This document shows positions 1 to 13,910 of a DNA stretch of 64,000 nucleotides, piece after piece (positions within the stretch are counted from its first letter, which is position 1; the number at the start of each line of letters is the position of its first letter). The stretch is from Camelus ferus (lineage: Eukaryota): the NCBI RefSeq assembly GCF_009834535.1, contig NC_045696.1, forward strand, positions 47,494,001 through 47,558,000, given 5' to 3'. The notes under the pieces are model-generated. The model ran no database searches, was not told the DNA's origin, and saw only the letters and a program-made list of their open reading frames with translations. The position numbers and the translations under genes were made by a program.

Positions 1-689
1 AAATTATTGGGGCAAAAGTAGGTAACAGTATAGTCAGTACAGTTAAATCCTATGCCTTCAACCATAACAATTGCTAAACAGAAAATAATAATAAGTTTGG
101 AAGCATATTAACTGAGGTGTTCACAGTGATTGTCTCTTGATAGTAGGGTTAAAGTTGATTCTTATCATTTTGTTTTTTGCATATCTGTGTTTACTGTTTT
201 TAACTATGAACATGGATGATGTGTGTAATAAGTCTGGCTTCCTTGTAGCAATTAAAGTTCACGTATTTAAGTGTCACCAAACACAGGGACTATAGAGGGG
301 GAGTGATTAGAGTCTTCATGTGGCTAAGCAGGTAGCCTAAGATGATAATCGAAACATACCTCAATAGAAAATACAGTGTGTGCCTTCAAATTGCTTTAAA
401 ATGTGGATGAAGTTAGAACTGTAGCTAGACTGTGGGTCCTTAAGGGACACACAAGGAAAAATAACAGAAAACAATCTTTACTAATAGTAATGATTAATTT
501 AATCACAGAAATCAGACATTAACAACCCTGTATTGTGACAGCAAAGAGGGAAACTGAGACCAATCTGGCAAGAGACAGCTTGCTGGTCCCAGTTTTCACC
601 ATTACAGTTAAATCAACCACCTGAAGGGACTATTATCAACCGGAGGTGGGGAACAATCGCTCTCAGAAAAAGCTTACCTTAAAAATTTC

Positions 690-1065
690 CATTAACTCAG
701 CAATTCTACTCCCAAGAACCTTTCTCCAGATTAAGTCCACATATGGACAAAATGTCTGTCCAATGGAGTTTCTTGCATTATTATTTATAAAATGAAAATG
801 TTTTTAAAAAGTATGTCCATTTTAGAGGAATAGGCAGAAAAATTATACTACAGCAACACTGTGAGATTCTATGCAACCACTAAAAATAATATACAAAATG
901 GTAAAAAAACAAATTCCCCAGATGCGCTGGTAAGGCTAAAAGTGTTATATTAATGTCCCATTTATGTTTTAATAGAGGACCTTAAATGTTATTCTACATT
1001 TTGATATTGTTGGAATTTTAAAAATTTACACTCAGCAGGCACTTGTTTTTTTTTTAATAAACAAT
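690..1065 (+). mobile_element. Old L1 (L1ME-like) 3' fragment
   Basis: ccattaactcagcaattctactcc and gcattattatttataa...tatgcaaccactaaaaat motifs typical of L1M 3' ends. Confidence 0.55.
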
Positions 1066-2044
1066 TAGACATAAAAATCAAATAAATAATTCTAAAAATA
1101 TATGCAGTACCATGCAATAACTAGAATTTCAAATTTATTTTAAATAGTTAATAATTATTATGTTGTAGTATTCTATAAATATTTATGGGATTATGATCAT
1201 GATGAATAAATTAGGCCTCTCCAAATCTTAGTGTTTTTAGCCAAATTAGTTGGTAGGTCTATTGCAGAAGATAAAAAAACTATTCACATGTTCTCAGTTT
1301 TCTTATAATTTATGAAACATAAAAATTCCCTTAAAGAAAATAAAATCACACATTTCACTACCATTATCAGTTAACTTTTCCCATTTATTAATTCTTTGAA
1401 AATTTTTATAACTCATGTACGATATGTCTGGCATAGCAAGTAGAACGCAGAAGTGGTTTTGTTCTCTGTGGAGCTTATGGTATTTTGAACATCTAACTAC
1501 ATGGTATAAAATTAAAGAGGTAGCAGACATTAGTAGACAGATTTTCTCATGTGGAAAGAGCCAGAGGCTAGTTCAAACCAAAGCAATGTATAGATGAATG
1601 TGATATGCAAATTATATGCATGTTTATGTATACATACATCTATATCATAAATGTATATATATAATCACCTCTATGCCTAACTACGCTCATTTAAAAATAA
1701 GTGATGCTAATAAATAAATAAAGCAACTCAAATACACAGGACTACGGAGGACAGTTCAACCACTACTGCAATGTCAATACTTCGAAGAAAACAATTCAAA
1801 TGTCAAATTTGAGATATAGAAAAGAAGTAAAATAGAGCAACACAAAGAACATTTGGGTTTAGGGATTCTTTATTCAATGGGTTAAAGAGAGGCTACGGAA
1901 GTAAAACTCATTTCCCTCCCATTGAGTTTTATTGTGTTTAACATTGTGGTATTTGGATTTCTTTGAAAGGGCCTAAGATGTTTTGATTCCAGGCAGTCAC
2001 AGAGAGAAAGCTGAGAATATGAAGGAGCATAATCTCTATCATGG

Positions 2045-2210
2045 CTGTTTTCACACTGCATTTCTTATTATGTGTTTATACGTTCATGTCCCCAACTAAA
2101 CAGAGTTCCTTGAGGGCACGGATTCTGTTTTCTTTAACTCCCTAATATAGGGTATAGTTCCTGGCACAGAAGAGATGTCTAGTTGATACTGACTGAATAC
2201 ATAAATATTT
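2045..2210 (+). mobile_element. L2 3' end
   Basis: gagttccttgagggcacgga...cctggcacagaagagatg...tgactgaat. Confidence 0.7.
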
Positions 2211-2520
2211 AGTATTAGAGAATCACAAGTTATTTTTCTGGGATCAGCATTCACATGGGTATATGACTACTAGAATAACTGGCCAAGTTTTATATATGTA
2301 TGTAAATATATCTTATTTATATTTTATAATATACTTATACATATATTTATAACTAGGCTAATTACCTTAGCAGTCACTTGTATATGTGTAGAGTGCCATA
2401 AATAATTAAGGGCTCAGAAATGAAAAAAGAGGCCTTCACAGAGGGAAAGGAGAGAGAAAACCAACTCTCCATTACCAGTTCATGGGGATTAAATAGTCAG
2501 AAAAAACTCTGTGGCTAATC

Positions 2521-2656
2521 TTTTTTTTTTTTTTTTAATATTTTTTATTCATTTTTAATCATTTTACAATGTTGTGTCAAATTCCAGTGTAGAGCACAAT
2601 TTTTCAGTTATACATGAACATATATATATTCATTGTCACATTTTTTTCTCTGTGAG
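2521..2656 (-). mobile_element. Young 5'-truncated L1 (camelid-type 3' end) with poly(A) and TSD
   Basis: Poly-T then ttttacaatgttgtgtcaaattccagtgtagagcacaatttttcagttatacatgaac; flanks GCTAATCTT / GCCAATCTT. Confidence 0.85.
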
Positions 2657-3162
2657 CCAATCTTGACGAAACTGGGTCACTACGACTTCAGAAGTATTGT
2701 TTTATCCCAACACACACTGTCCTCTAGTACTGGGATCAACAGAAGGTAGTAAGTGTTCTCCATCATGAGAGCATGTATGACTATAGAATTAAAGAAATGG
2801 GAAAAGTATAGCCAATTTTGATTCTACATAATTTGGGTAGTCTTGATTTTGAACCAGAATTTTTATAATCAGTCACCAGTTTTCAACTTTTAGTAGCTAG
2901 ACTAAAAATGTCTTCTATTTCATCATCACTAGGAATGTGGGGAACTTGCTGTCTTTTACCCATGCTGAATGCAGGGACTTGTCACTAATACCCATTTTGA
3001 AATCTGTAAAAAGCGTTTGGCTGTCAATGTTAATAAATTTCTTGGCAGAGAATTTGTCCTTCATTGTGGATAAATACAGTGGTTTTAATCGTAGGAATAC
3101 CCAGTTCAAAACAAATGAGTAAGCAGCTACTATATTAAGCATGTGTTTGCTTTTGTTTGCAG

Positions 3163-3273
3163 AAAACTCTGAATGCCAGTTTTATGTCTGGGCAATTCTC
3201 GCCTTCTTGGGTTTAGCTCTGACTATATCGCTGATCTTCAACATTTCCCACTATGTGGAAAAGCAGCGACAAG
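3163..3273 (+). CDS. TRAT1: TRAT1 coding exon 2 (short ectodomain with Cys, transmembrane helix, start of cytoplasmic tail)
   Basis: tttgcag|AAAACTCT...CGACAAG|gtaaga; 111 nt, phase 1/1; translates (E)NSECQFYVWAILAFLGLALTISLIFNISHYVEKQRQ(D), matching recalled human TRIM ...LLGLALVISLIFNISHYVEKQRQD. Confidence 0.96.
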
Positions 3274-6200
3274 GTAAGACATTTTGAAAAATAGCCATGT
3301 GATACCTGCTTGAATGGAGTTTGAGCCACTGGAAAGCCTACCAAAAAAAGACAATTTTATGAAACGCTATTCAATAGGATATTTTTATCTGTAGAAAATC
3401 TATTTGATACATTTCTTTCACCCTAAGGGTTCTCTTAATTTGAGAATGCAATCATGCTAGAAATGTAAACAGACTCCCAATTTTAGCTTTATCTCTAGGA
3501 TATAGAATAGGAAGGGATTATCCTGTTAAAATGTATTTTTCCTCCTCCAGTTGAACAACTAATGAAACTGTAGCCTATTCTACAGCATCTCTAATGGCTC
3601 TTTCTGATGTGTGATGAGAAAAGCACAGACTAGCTCTTTAAGATTCGACTCAAGTCTACTCAAACTTCTCAGCCTCATTCAGTGCCTCTAGAATGCAGCA
3701 GGCTCAGTTGGAATCAGAAGGGAACTGGACAAGCAACAGACTGAACCACCGTTGTTATCAAACACTCCCATGACTAGGAGGGCAGGTCAAGAGGACCTGC
3801 ACCATCAGCTTTTCTTTTCAATAAGGCGGGCAGCAGTTTTAACCACGTGGCTTTCACCCTGTGGTGCCATGATGGAAATAATGTGATGCCCAGTGTCTGG
3901 CACGATCTTTGCACACTGTAGGCATTCAACACAGGTATGGGTGCTGAGCACATGGACAAATAGATGGGAGAGTGAAAGTTCAACTATTTCTCAGAGTGGT
4001 CTTAATATTCCAGAATCAAAAAACTCTTGGGGGCAGGACATTTAAGTGATAAACAAATAGAAGAGAAAAGGTAAATACATTTTCTTTTAACAGATGAAAA
4101 TAAATGAAGTAAACTTAACAAAACTAAGTTAGACACATGTGTCCAAGACAAAGTGTATGAAGCTAATTTAGAACAATGTTCAGATTCCAGGGAGAGTCCT
4201 TGATCCTCTTGAGTGTCTTCTTAAATATTGATTACACGAATGTAAAATTTGAAGAAGGCATTACTGTCATACAGATTTGAAAACAAAGATGAGAGGCACT
4301 AGCAGATGAATTGACATAGCTGAGATCACACATCTATTCAAAACCAAGGATAAGTGCTCAGTTTTTCTAATTATCTGTCTAAGCCATTTCCACCAGCACA
4401 TGCTACTTTCACATCCTTGACCAAATGTCCTCAGACAGAAATCCAACTCTTTTAGGATCTCTATCAGTTCTATGCCTAAGATGAAATTCCAGGGGAGCAA
4501 CACTCTTTCACTAGCAATGATTTCAGTAGTTATTTTTTAAATCAAATATTTTTCAGACTGACAAACTTTCTATGTTAGTGCAAGAAAGACCCATCATCAG
4601 ACCTCTTCTAAAAAGTTTCCTTCCTTTACAGAAAGAAGAGAGCTAGGAGTAGCACTGTTCTTTACACAGTAGCTTAAAATGACTATACTTTAATTTCCTC
4701 ATTAAATATTCCATGAATGCAGGTAATATGGTCACCTGAATTAGTAAAAGGTGAATTGAGAGCTGTAAGAGGTGAAATAATTTAAGGTGGGAACCAGGAC
4801 GAGAATGGTCATCTGAACAAGCACTTCACTCTCCCACTGACACCAGCAGAAAACCTCTGGAGATTTGTGTGGAGCTAGGGAACAAGTGGGTTCATATGTT
4901 TAACTTGAATCCAGTTGTCTAACTGAAATTTTATCTAGCGAATCTGAACTATTTAATTTCAACTTAAATAGCACTTTTTTCCAGCCCTATGATTGCACTG
5001 AAGGTTGGTGAATATGAATGTTTAGAATCCCTTTTATCAGTGTGATCCAGATCAGGACTGGCCTGATTTTATTGACCTATCACTTCTGCCCCAGATATAT
5101 TTGGCTGCTCCGGTCTTTTACAACACAGTGTAAGTTCTCCTCCTCTCATTTGTGGTAGTTTGTGCGTTGGGATTTATTTATCCATATTCATACCATTTTG
5201 CCACCATACAAACTCCTTTGGGGAGTTGTTTGCTTGTGATGGTTTAGTTGACAAGTGTTAAAAGACAATACGTAGGCTAACTAAAGATCGATCTCTTCTT
5301 TTTTTTCTTCTTTTTAATTGTACAAACTCTTACTGCCTCAGGCGTGCTATGCATGACTCTGCTGCCTAAGTCACCGCCCCCCCAGCCAGGTCTGAGCCAG
5401 GGCCAGCGGCTCTATCTGACCACTCCAGGCAGGAGGACACTGTCCAGCAGGGGAGTCACCAGTTTCAGCCCTGGTCAAGTGTAGGGTTGGGGGTTTTATC
5501 TCACACCCTCATGCACACCCTCCCATCCTTTTGGGACACCCTCTTCCCCCCACCCACTCCCAACCCTTGAGACCTGCCATGTGTCAGGAATTATGGGTAC
5601 TGCCCATTTCCACCAGGGGTTGGGGTGGGTCAAGTGTAGGTTCAACCCCATGCTCATGAGTCCAGGAGGGGAAAAAAAAAACAAAAAAACACACTGAGAC
5701 TTTACTCAATCTTTCCTCCTTAGGTGGAGCGCATAACACTGGGTCTTGCACTTTACTGGTGTGCAGATCTAAGATTAGCCTAAAAGCAGTGCTCATTGCT
5801 GCCAAAAACATGCCCTTTGTTCTTATCTCATTTCACCTTTTTCTCTCTGCAGCCTTTCCAAACACCCACATATTACTAATGACTGCCATCCTTTCAATTC
5901 CATATGAGCAAACAGGTCTTTCTTTCTCACCCAGACATTCCAGGTGGTTTGGGAGTTGTCTCTGCAAACTGTTTGACCCCTTTCCAGTCCTCCTGAAGAT
6001 ACCTCCCTGCTTTGTTTCTCCTAAACAGACAGACTGGAAGATATTCCATCACATTAGCAGCTTTTCTGCCCCCTGGTCTGTGTACACAACGCCCCTGTAT
6101 CTGGGTTCATGCAACTTTATTTTTACATCTTTTGCTATTCTTTGTGGTTAAGAAACTTGCAAAATCTGACTCCACCTTGAAGTCAGTGAATAAGTTTTGC

Positions 6201-7829
6201 TGGTGTATTAAATAGCTTACAAAAAAAATCTATATCCCAACAACAATACAGTATCTACACATTCAATCAGATAGACAAGATAAGCCTCTCCCTTGATGCT
6301 TTCTGTAGCAGGGCGAGGTAGAAGCTTTGAAATGGAGTTCTCCCCTCCCCAAAAATAAATCTTTCACTTTTATGATGCTTTGTCCAAATCTGTTCTTTAA
6401 GAGTATTATATTTATTTCTCTTTCTGATAGGATTGCACTCGCTTTTTCTTCCGTAAATCCAAAAAATATTCTTTATCCAGCCTTTCTTCTCTGTTTTGAG
6501 AAGGCTAAATAACTGTATGGTTTGCTCATACATCAAAGTCCTATCAGTGTATCTCCTATTTGCCAGAAAATTATAGCACATTATTTTTACATTTCCACGA
6601 TAAAAATGTATCATAAAATTTGCATTATGGAGTTTAAACCATGTGCTGTTGTTTCTTGTTGTTGTGTTTTGCACGTGGAAGGGTGAACACTACATGCAGG
6701 AAAACATAAAAGCAAATGTTAGCCCACACCCTCTCCACCGTGAACCTGACCACAGTGTTTGTATCTGAATCAAAGGAGAGGATTATGAAAACTCCCCTAG
6801 CTTTTCCAGCACAAAGTCTTGCAAATTAACTGCCTTATAGTAAAATAAAAGCTGCATTTTATTTTATTAAATATAACTGAGATGTGTAAGACGGTTTTAA
6901 ATCATGCCATTTATTTTAAAATTAACTTAAAAGTCCTCATGACAGAGCACGCTCTTTTCTGGAGCCTGAGCTTGCTGACCTTTCTCCTGTCCTGTATCCT
7001 CTAAACTTTTGATGGCTACGCCCCTGTTTAAAGAGATGGTACTCTGTCACACTTCTTATAGTAAGTACTGTTAAACTAAAAGCACACAAGTACTGACTGC
7101 CCAGCTCCAGATTATACATCTAAATTCTAAGAGTAGCGTGATGTGAACTTGACCTTTTACTGTTCCCTTTCAGGGTGCTTCTTCAGTATAGTTGGTTCTG
7201 ATGTATACTGTTCTTTACTCATTACTTATTTTCTTGTTCACATTTAGTTCACATTTAGTTCCCTTTCCTTCCGCCTAAGCATCACATTATACTGTATCCT
7301 TTACATAGTTGTTTCTCTTTCCTTTTTCAACCAAAGCTTTTTGGTCTAAATTCTTTTTTTTTTTTTTTTTTTTTCGCTTTTCTCTGCTGATAATATGTCA
7401 AACTGCATTTTCCTTCTCTAGAGCTATCCTTTTACATGTTAAAACAGTATCTTTTCCAGGTGCCGTCATTCATACACTAAGCACCTCCAACTGGAAAATC
7501 CACATTATCTTTAAAAACTGTTAGTCTGTTTGGAGAAATATTTTTACTCCATACCTGTTTTTTCTTATTCCACTCAAGTACTGTAACTATTTTTTTTTAT
7601 CTTTCCTTTCAATTTACTACTCAGTGACAATCTTCTTGCCAAAGGTGAGATTTGATTATTTCATTTCAAATCGAGCTTTACTTATAAATCTTTTACCTTT
7701 AAAATAGCACCTTAACTATATCAACTTGTTTATAGCTAATCCATTTAATGAAGAAACTTCTCAATTCAAATCAGCACAATTAAATGTGCCTTGTTACATG
7801 ACAGGGATTTAGAATGTGGAATAATAATA

Positions 7830-8045
7830 ACCAACTTTGTCATTTCCTGAAATATGTTTACAGAAATTGCTTCATTTATCTTCCACATCTACTCCATGAT
7901 ATAGGCATTACTAACCCTACTTTATACAAAAACTGAGAGTCAGAGTTTTACAGTGATTTGCATGTTCATTTGCAATGAAATGCATTAAAGAGCTGGTACC
8001 CAAATCCAGTGTCTTCTGATTCCTAACCCTAAATTTGTTCCATGC
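7830..8045 (-). mobile_element. MIR
   Basis: aaaactgagagtcagag...agagctggtacccaaatccagtgtcttctgattcc MIR core. Confidence 0.65.
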
Positions 8046-9494
8046 TACAGCAGGCTATAGGTTGACTAAATTCTTCTATGTGCACTTTAATTCCAGGCAA
8101 ATCTGAATAATAATTAATGACCTGAGTCATGTCATTCATATAAAAAGAAATCAATACATACTTTATATTTTCCAGTTTATAATTTTCTAGTCTATATTAA
8201 TTAAATTTTCTTCCTATATGTATTGATATTGTTTACATTTCTCAAGTGTTCTGGTTTTGCTGGGCTTCCATTAACTTGTGGCTATTGTGCAGCAGTAGAC
8301 TTCCCCAGGCTTCTCCCAACACACATGTTGCATTTGTAGTCACAAGACTAATGTGAAAACAACTGCATCTTTTAGATGCAGGCTAGATATTTCTGATTGA
8401 TCCCAAATGGATTACGTTCATCACTTTTGATCCCTCGGTCTTGGTTGCTTGATGTTTGTGCTCTGCAAAAACTTCCTGCATTTGGTCCCTCACAGCATTC
8501 GTACAAACACGTTGACATATGAGATGTCCATTTTGCCCTCCAATGTGATGACTTTAATAATTTGCTTCAGTAATGTTTCTCTAAGAGTTAATGACCTCTC
8601 TGGAGAATAATTCAACTTTGTCACACATAAATTTAAAAATAGTCTTTGCAGTTGTTTGGAGACTTGTTCAATTATTTGGAAATGTTTTTGTCAGTTTCTT
8701 ATGAACACACAGTGGTTTTCACATGTTAAAACTGAAAGATCACCATTTGATTCCTATTGTCTCTGAGTCATTGTCAGAGACTTAGATAATACTGGGCTTC
8801 ACTTTTATATGATAGCTTTTGCAAGACTTTGGCTTTTAATTAATGCCAGGTTAAATAATATGCAATCAAAATATAATAAATATCATACCAAATACATCTA
8901 TCTAGTTCAAAGAAAATTTATTGATGAATGGATAATAGACTTCTTCATAATTTTGATCTTAATTATTAAAAATGAACTATGAATTTCTCAATTTCCCTCA
9001 ATTATTCATTATCAATCTATTGTCTTTCTAAAAATAATTCTTGAAACTATTTCCTTCCCATTTTGATTTATTTTTTAATAAATGTATTTATTTAATTTGA
9101 AGTAAAAATACTTCCTTTCATTTGCCTTTGAACCACTGCCTCCAATGTTCAACAGTGGGTGCTTTCTGAGATGTGACGCATAACTTTTATTATGATTTTC
9201 ACATCAAATTTCTGGTCAGCCTTGTTTCTGCAGGACACATACTGTTCTTTATGAAAGTCATTCTACTGTTTTGATTATTTTCAGAGACTGTGTTCCCAAC
9301 TTTTTCCATATTTCTTCTTCCTAGAACCCCCATATGTCCTTTCTCCTATTTGCACCATGTGGATGAAATGGAATGAGGACCAAAGGAACATCCCAAACAT
9401 CATTTTCATGTTGTTGTCACACATCAAGAAATGTTAACAGACACTGCAAAATTAGGTAGATAGGTAGATAGATAAATAATAAATAAATAGAAGT

Positions 9495-9845
9495 ATCATC
9501 TAGGGACTTTGTGTGTACGTAAGGATGAAAAAATATATTCAAACCAGCAAGGGCAAAGGGGGAAACTTGTCAGAAGGAAGCAGAGGTGTTTCATGGAACC
9601 CAAAGGCAGAAAGTACAGCCGTGCCGCACAACAGACTGGAACCACAGAAAAGGCAGTGACAGAGGTTCCAGTGTTTTTGGCTTGGAGTTTCCCCTTCATG
9701 ACATGGCCACACATCTGGGCTGTACATCACTTCCAAGCCAGCTGCATTGTTTCTCCATCCTAGATTACCAAGGAAGAACATGATTGGCCCAAATCAGAAA
9801 CGTCTTTATCTCTAGGTCAAACAGTGGTGGCCAAGAGGCTTGATT
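9495..9845 (-). mobile_element. MaLR LTR (MLT1-like)
   Basis: ttcaaaccagc...aaagggggaaacttgtcagaagg and gattggccc...ggtggccaagagg resemble antisense MLT1 LTR. Confidence 0.5.
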
Positions 9846-9952
9846 AAACATGTAATGATGTTGAGGCAAAGCTACTCTCAGAACCTGCTCTAGGAGGTTT
9901 AACACGTTATGTCAAATTTTCTTTTAATTTGTCCACTTTGATTATCTTTCAG

Positions 9953-9989
9953 ATAAAATATACATGTACCCCGATGACTGCACTCCCAG
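9953..9989 (+). CDS. TRAT1: TRAT1 coding exon 3
   Basis: atctttcag|ATAAAATATAC...CTCCCAG|gtatgt; 37 nt, phase 1/2; (D)KIYMYPDDCTP(R), recalled human DKMYSYSSDHTR; keeps frame between exons 2 and 4. Confidence 0.9.
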
Positions 9990-12900
9990 GTATGTAGAAA
10001 ATAAATCATAGATTACGACTCCAAGTAATAGGGAAAAGTAACTAATGCTATATTACTTATAGGTTTGGCTCAGGAATGTTGTACTTAGGTTAAAATAAAA
10101 TGAAAAGTGAGTTTTAATTACTTTTACTTCCATCTGAAGATTAAAAGCTATAACGTTATTATCTGCCCGAGCTACCTACTCATGCTGAGTCAGTGAGAGA
10201 GCTGGATGAAGGGCAGAATGAGATTCTAAACTGGTATCTATAGAGCCCTCATCAATTTCAGGAGCTATCCTAGATTATGATTCAGATCAGATGGTAAGAA
10301 TGTCGCCTAATTAAATATAGAATTGCGTGGCTCTTAGGAATCCAAGGTAGAAAGAAATTTGGCAATACCCAATAAATGTAAGGTAAGTATACACACATTC
10401 GTAGACACGGATGCTTCGCACTGTGCTGCTTTTAAGGGGATTGCCATTCACTAGGGAAATGTGATAAATAACTCTAAAATAATATGCAGCTATAAATAAA
10501 ACATAACTTATTTTCTTACACTTATTAAACGATTTGCAGATAAATTTGTATAGTATGAAACTTCTAAAAAACTTTTTAAAGAAGGTTAATGGTAAAAATC
10601 ATAGTAAATAAGTTTCATTTTCTTGGACAGTATATTCTGACCCAAATGTGTCATCAGATTGGAAATTTCTCTTTTAGAATAAAAAAAATTTAAATATAGA
10701 GCATTTCCTAGAGGACTCCTCAAGACCTTTTTGAAATGGAAAACTAAAAGACTAAAAATGTCTTCCCAAAACATAGCTTTCTCACTGGATAGGATAAGAC
10801 TATGAGCTTTTTGTTGGCTAAAAGGTCCTATTTTGAAACAGTCTTCTCCATGTGGAAATGCCTCTGGAAGAGTCAGGATCTGGGCTATAGGCAGACCCAT
10901 ACAAAAAAAAGAAAATCTTTATTTTTGACTACTTTAACATTGGATTCTATAGCATGAGATAATGTTCAAGTCATTAGTTCATATCAAGAGTGATTTGCTG
11001 ATTTGGTTTCAGCGAAAAAATATGACAGAGAGAATCCTACATAACCAAGTTGGAGTTAATCTGATGACTGATTTAATATTTGTCATTTGAAAGGCAGTTA
11101 AGATGCAATGTGATGAAAGTCCTGTGATATGGTCATTCTGCCAAAGTCTGGGTTGGTAGTTTTTGGATTAGGATGGGAAGATTCAGAGAGGAAAATTGGC
11201 AAAATACCTATCTCAAAGCAAGGAGGCTCTTAGCTGCAGGGAAAATTCAGAAAAGATGCTGGTTCTTTTATAACATTCGTTCATTCAATAAATATTCATT
11301 CAACAAATAAGCATCTGCTAGACAGTAGGGATACAAAGATGAAAAGATACAGATCCTTCCCCCAAGGATTTAATAATTGGTTATCTATTGTAATAAATCT
11401 TCGTTTAGGAAAATTTGAATACACAATGCAGATTTTATCTATAAAAAGTGGTTGGCATATTAATTTACAAGTTTCTGTATGTACTTTGCAGCTTGTCTGT
11501 TTCTCTGATTATGTAGTTTGGGAGCCAAAATCATCTTGATAGGAGAGCATGGAGACTTCAGGGAAAAAACAAATAAGCTATTTCCAGCCACTAAAATATA
11601 GACAGTAAAACAGCAAATGGAAACAAGGGTTATCTTCCTTAGGTAGGGCTAGAATTACGGATGCCTCCTCGGTTCTTAGAAGATCTGAGTCTAGACAGAA
11701 GGGCGGCAAACGCCCATCACACCGCGCTCCTGGCTGCACTCTTTCCCTGCCCCTGCTCAGCGTTGGTTTAGGTGGGAAGCTATGCTGGAGGGGAAAGAAA
11801 TTTGCTTCCCTGATCTTATTATCCTTCTTCCCCTGGTCCCTGCCCTTCCTGCATTAGAAAGTCACGAACATGATCACTTTAAGAACAGCATTGCATCTAC
11901 ATCTAATAGAGAACTAAATATACACTTCTTGGTATTTACCACCAGGCCACTTAATTTTTCCTTTAAACACAATTCTACACAATTCTTGTCCTTTGATCTG
12001 TGTCAGGAGGATAATTCTGTGAGGATATCATGGATTTGAAATCCAGACAGTTCTGGGTTTTAATCAAACTCTTGCAATTACAATGTGTAAAATCTTGGGA
12101 AAATGAGCATTAGTGACGTTGAATTTTATCATCTGAAAAATACAGGTTATAATATGATTCTGTATTTACAGTGGGTAGTTGCTAAAAAAAAGCCGGCTGC
12201 TTTGTCAGATGAAAATTGAGGTCTAGGGAAAGTCCCACCCATTTGAATTATATTCACCCCCTAATTTAGGAAAGGAGTTCAGGTTTACATTAAGCTAATT
12301 ATAACTCCTCAGTGTTCAGAGAGTCTCTCAAAGACTTGAGGCAGATTTCTAGCAGCTTTTGCATGGTCTCCTCCTGGGTGGAACCTAAATTGCTTTTTAT
12401 CACAAAACATATCTCATCTCAGCTATTCCTCTATCTTAAAACTGTTTCTTGGATTTCTGGATCTCTGCAGGCCGAGGACCCCCTTTCACTTCCCCTCTTT
12501 GCTAAATACTAACCTGATGCCCTGGAACAGACCTGTACTCTCAACTGTCCTCTTCACGTGTTCCCAGGGCTGAGTGCCCTGATAACAGTGGAACTCCTGG
12601 GTAGCCTTCCCTGCATCTCAGACTTCCAAGTAGATGTGCAGATGAGGCCCTCTCTGTGACCATGGCCACATTTGGAACCAAAGCATCTCCGTGTTTTCCA
12701 GCTTTCTGTTTACTTCTTTTAATGTACAAATAACCATAACCCAAGCTCCAACCCTATGTGACAGCAAGAAGTCCAGTCTCCTTCCTAAGTATTTTTGGGA
12801 ATCCTTGAGGAGTGCTCACAAGTTCCAAAAATCTTATTTTTGACTGGCCTTTGGGTACCCCTAGCTCCAGGTCACTGCTCTAGGATTCTTTCCCCAACTC

Positions 12901-13399
12901 TTAAGAATTCTTCATGCTAGCCAGTTTCCTTTCCCCAAACCTTTGACAAAAGGCCCTTCTTTTGAAGTGCTCCAAAGCACTAGCAATGTAAGTGTCTGTG
13001 TTTGATTGACTTTACAAAGAAGTGGGCTTCATCAGAAGGGCACTGGAGCACTGACAAGAGAAGAAAAATTTAGTGTTAAATATCATGGCTCTGAGAGTCC
13101 ATTAACATCCTCCCTCACAGGAAACACTACTGATTCTTAGCTAAACTTAACCATAGAAAACTTGCTGGGGTTTACATTTCTCCCCTGTACCAGGGGTCTG
13201 TCTTTGGTGTCCTCTCACACCAAGTTCAAGACACCTACACCCATGGCACAGTCCCTGTCAAAGAAAGCAAAAATCCAGTGTGCATACACTCAGGGTCACA
13301 TTGCTGCAACAACTTTCCCTTTTCTCTCCTGCATTATCACTCTTTCTGTCCCCTTTGTCTCATTCCCATCAGTATACACACAGATAGTATTGTCTCATA

Positions 13400-13910
13400 T
13401 CTTAAAAAAAAGAAGAAAAACTCCCTTGATACTATATTACACACAGTTACCTCTCCATTGCCCTGCGCCCTTTACAGAAGAACTCAGAAATTCCACCTGC
13501 ATTCTTTGCCACCTTTTTGCTGGCTTCTTTTCCTCTTCTCCTCCTTCTTAAACCTGCTCTATTCAATCTTCTGTCCTCAATAATCCACTGACTCGGCTCT
13601 TGTCAAGGTCACCAATGAAATCTACATGGCAAATCTTAGGCTCATTGTATGTGGTCCATCTGACACACGGACCTTCTCTACTTCTCTAGACACTTGCTTC
13701 TTTGAGCTCGGGGCCACGCCCTCTTGGGTTTTCCTCCTCAATTACCAGCAACTTCTTCTCCTTGGCTGGTTTCTGAACCTTCGACATCAGAGTGTGCAGG
13801 GCTTGTCTAGTGAACCTCTTCGCTGCCTATACTCATTCCATTTGTAATTTCATCCTCTCTCACTTTTATACACTGGGGAAGCCCAAACTTCTAACTTCTG
13901 AGACCCCTAA
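13400..13910 (+). mobile_element. L2 internal fragment
   Basis: ctcttgtcaaggtcaccaatga...cttgggttttcctcct, characteristic of L2 ORF2-derived sequence. Confidence 0.7.

Noticed and set aside
1..3162. TRAT1 exon 1 / start codon
   Set aside because: No convincing ATG-containing micro-exon with a donor and promoter seen; probably upstream of the window
5759..6674. 130-135 aa ORFs in TRAT1 intron 2
   Set aside because: Non-ATG starts, compositionally biased, no splice context or recognisable homology
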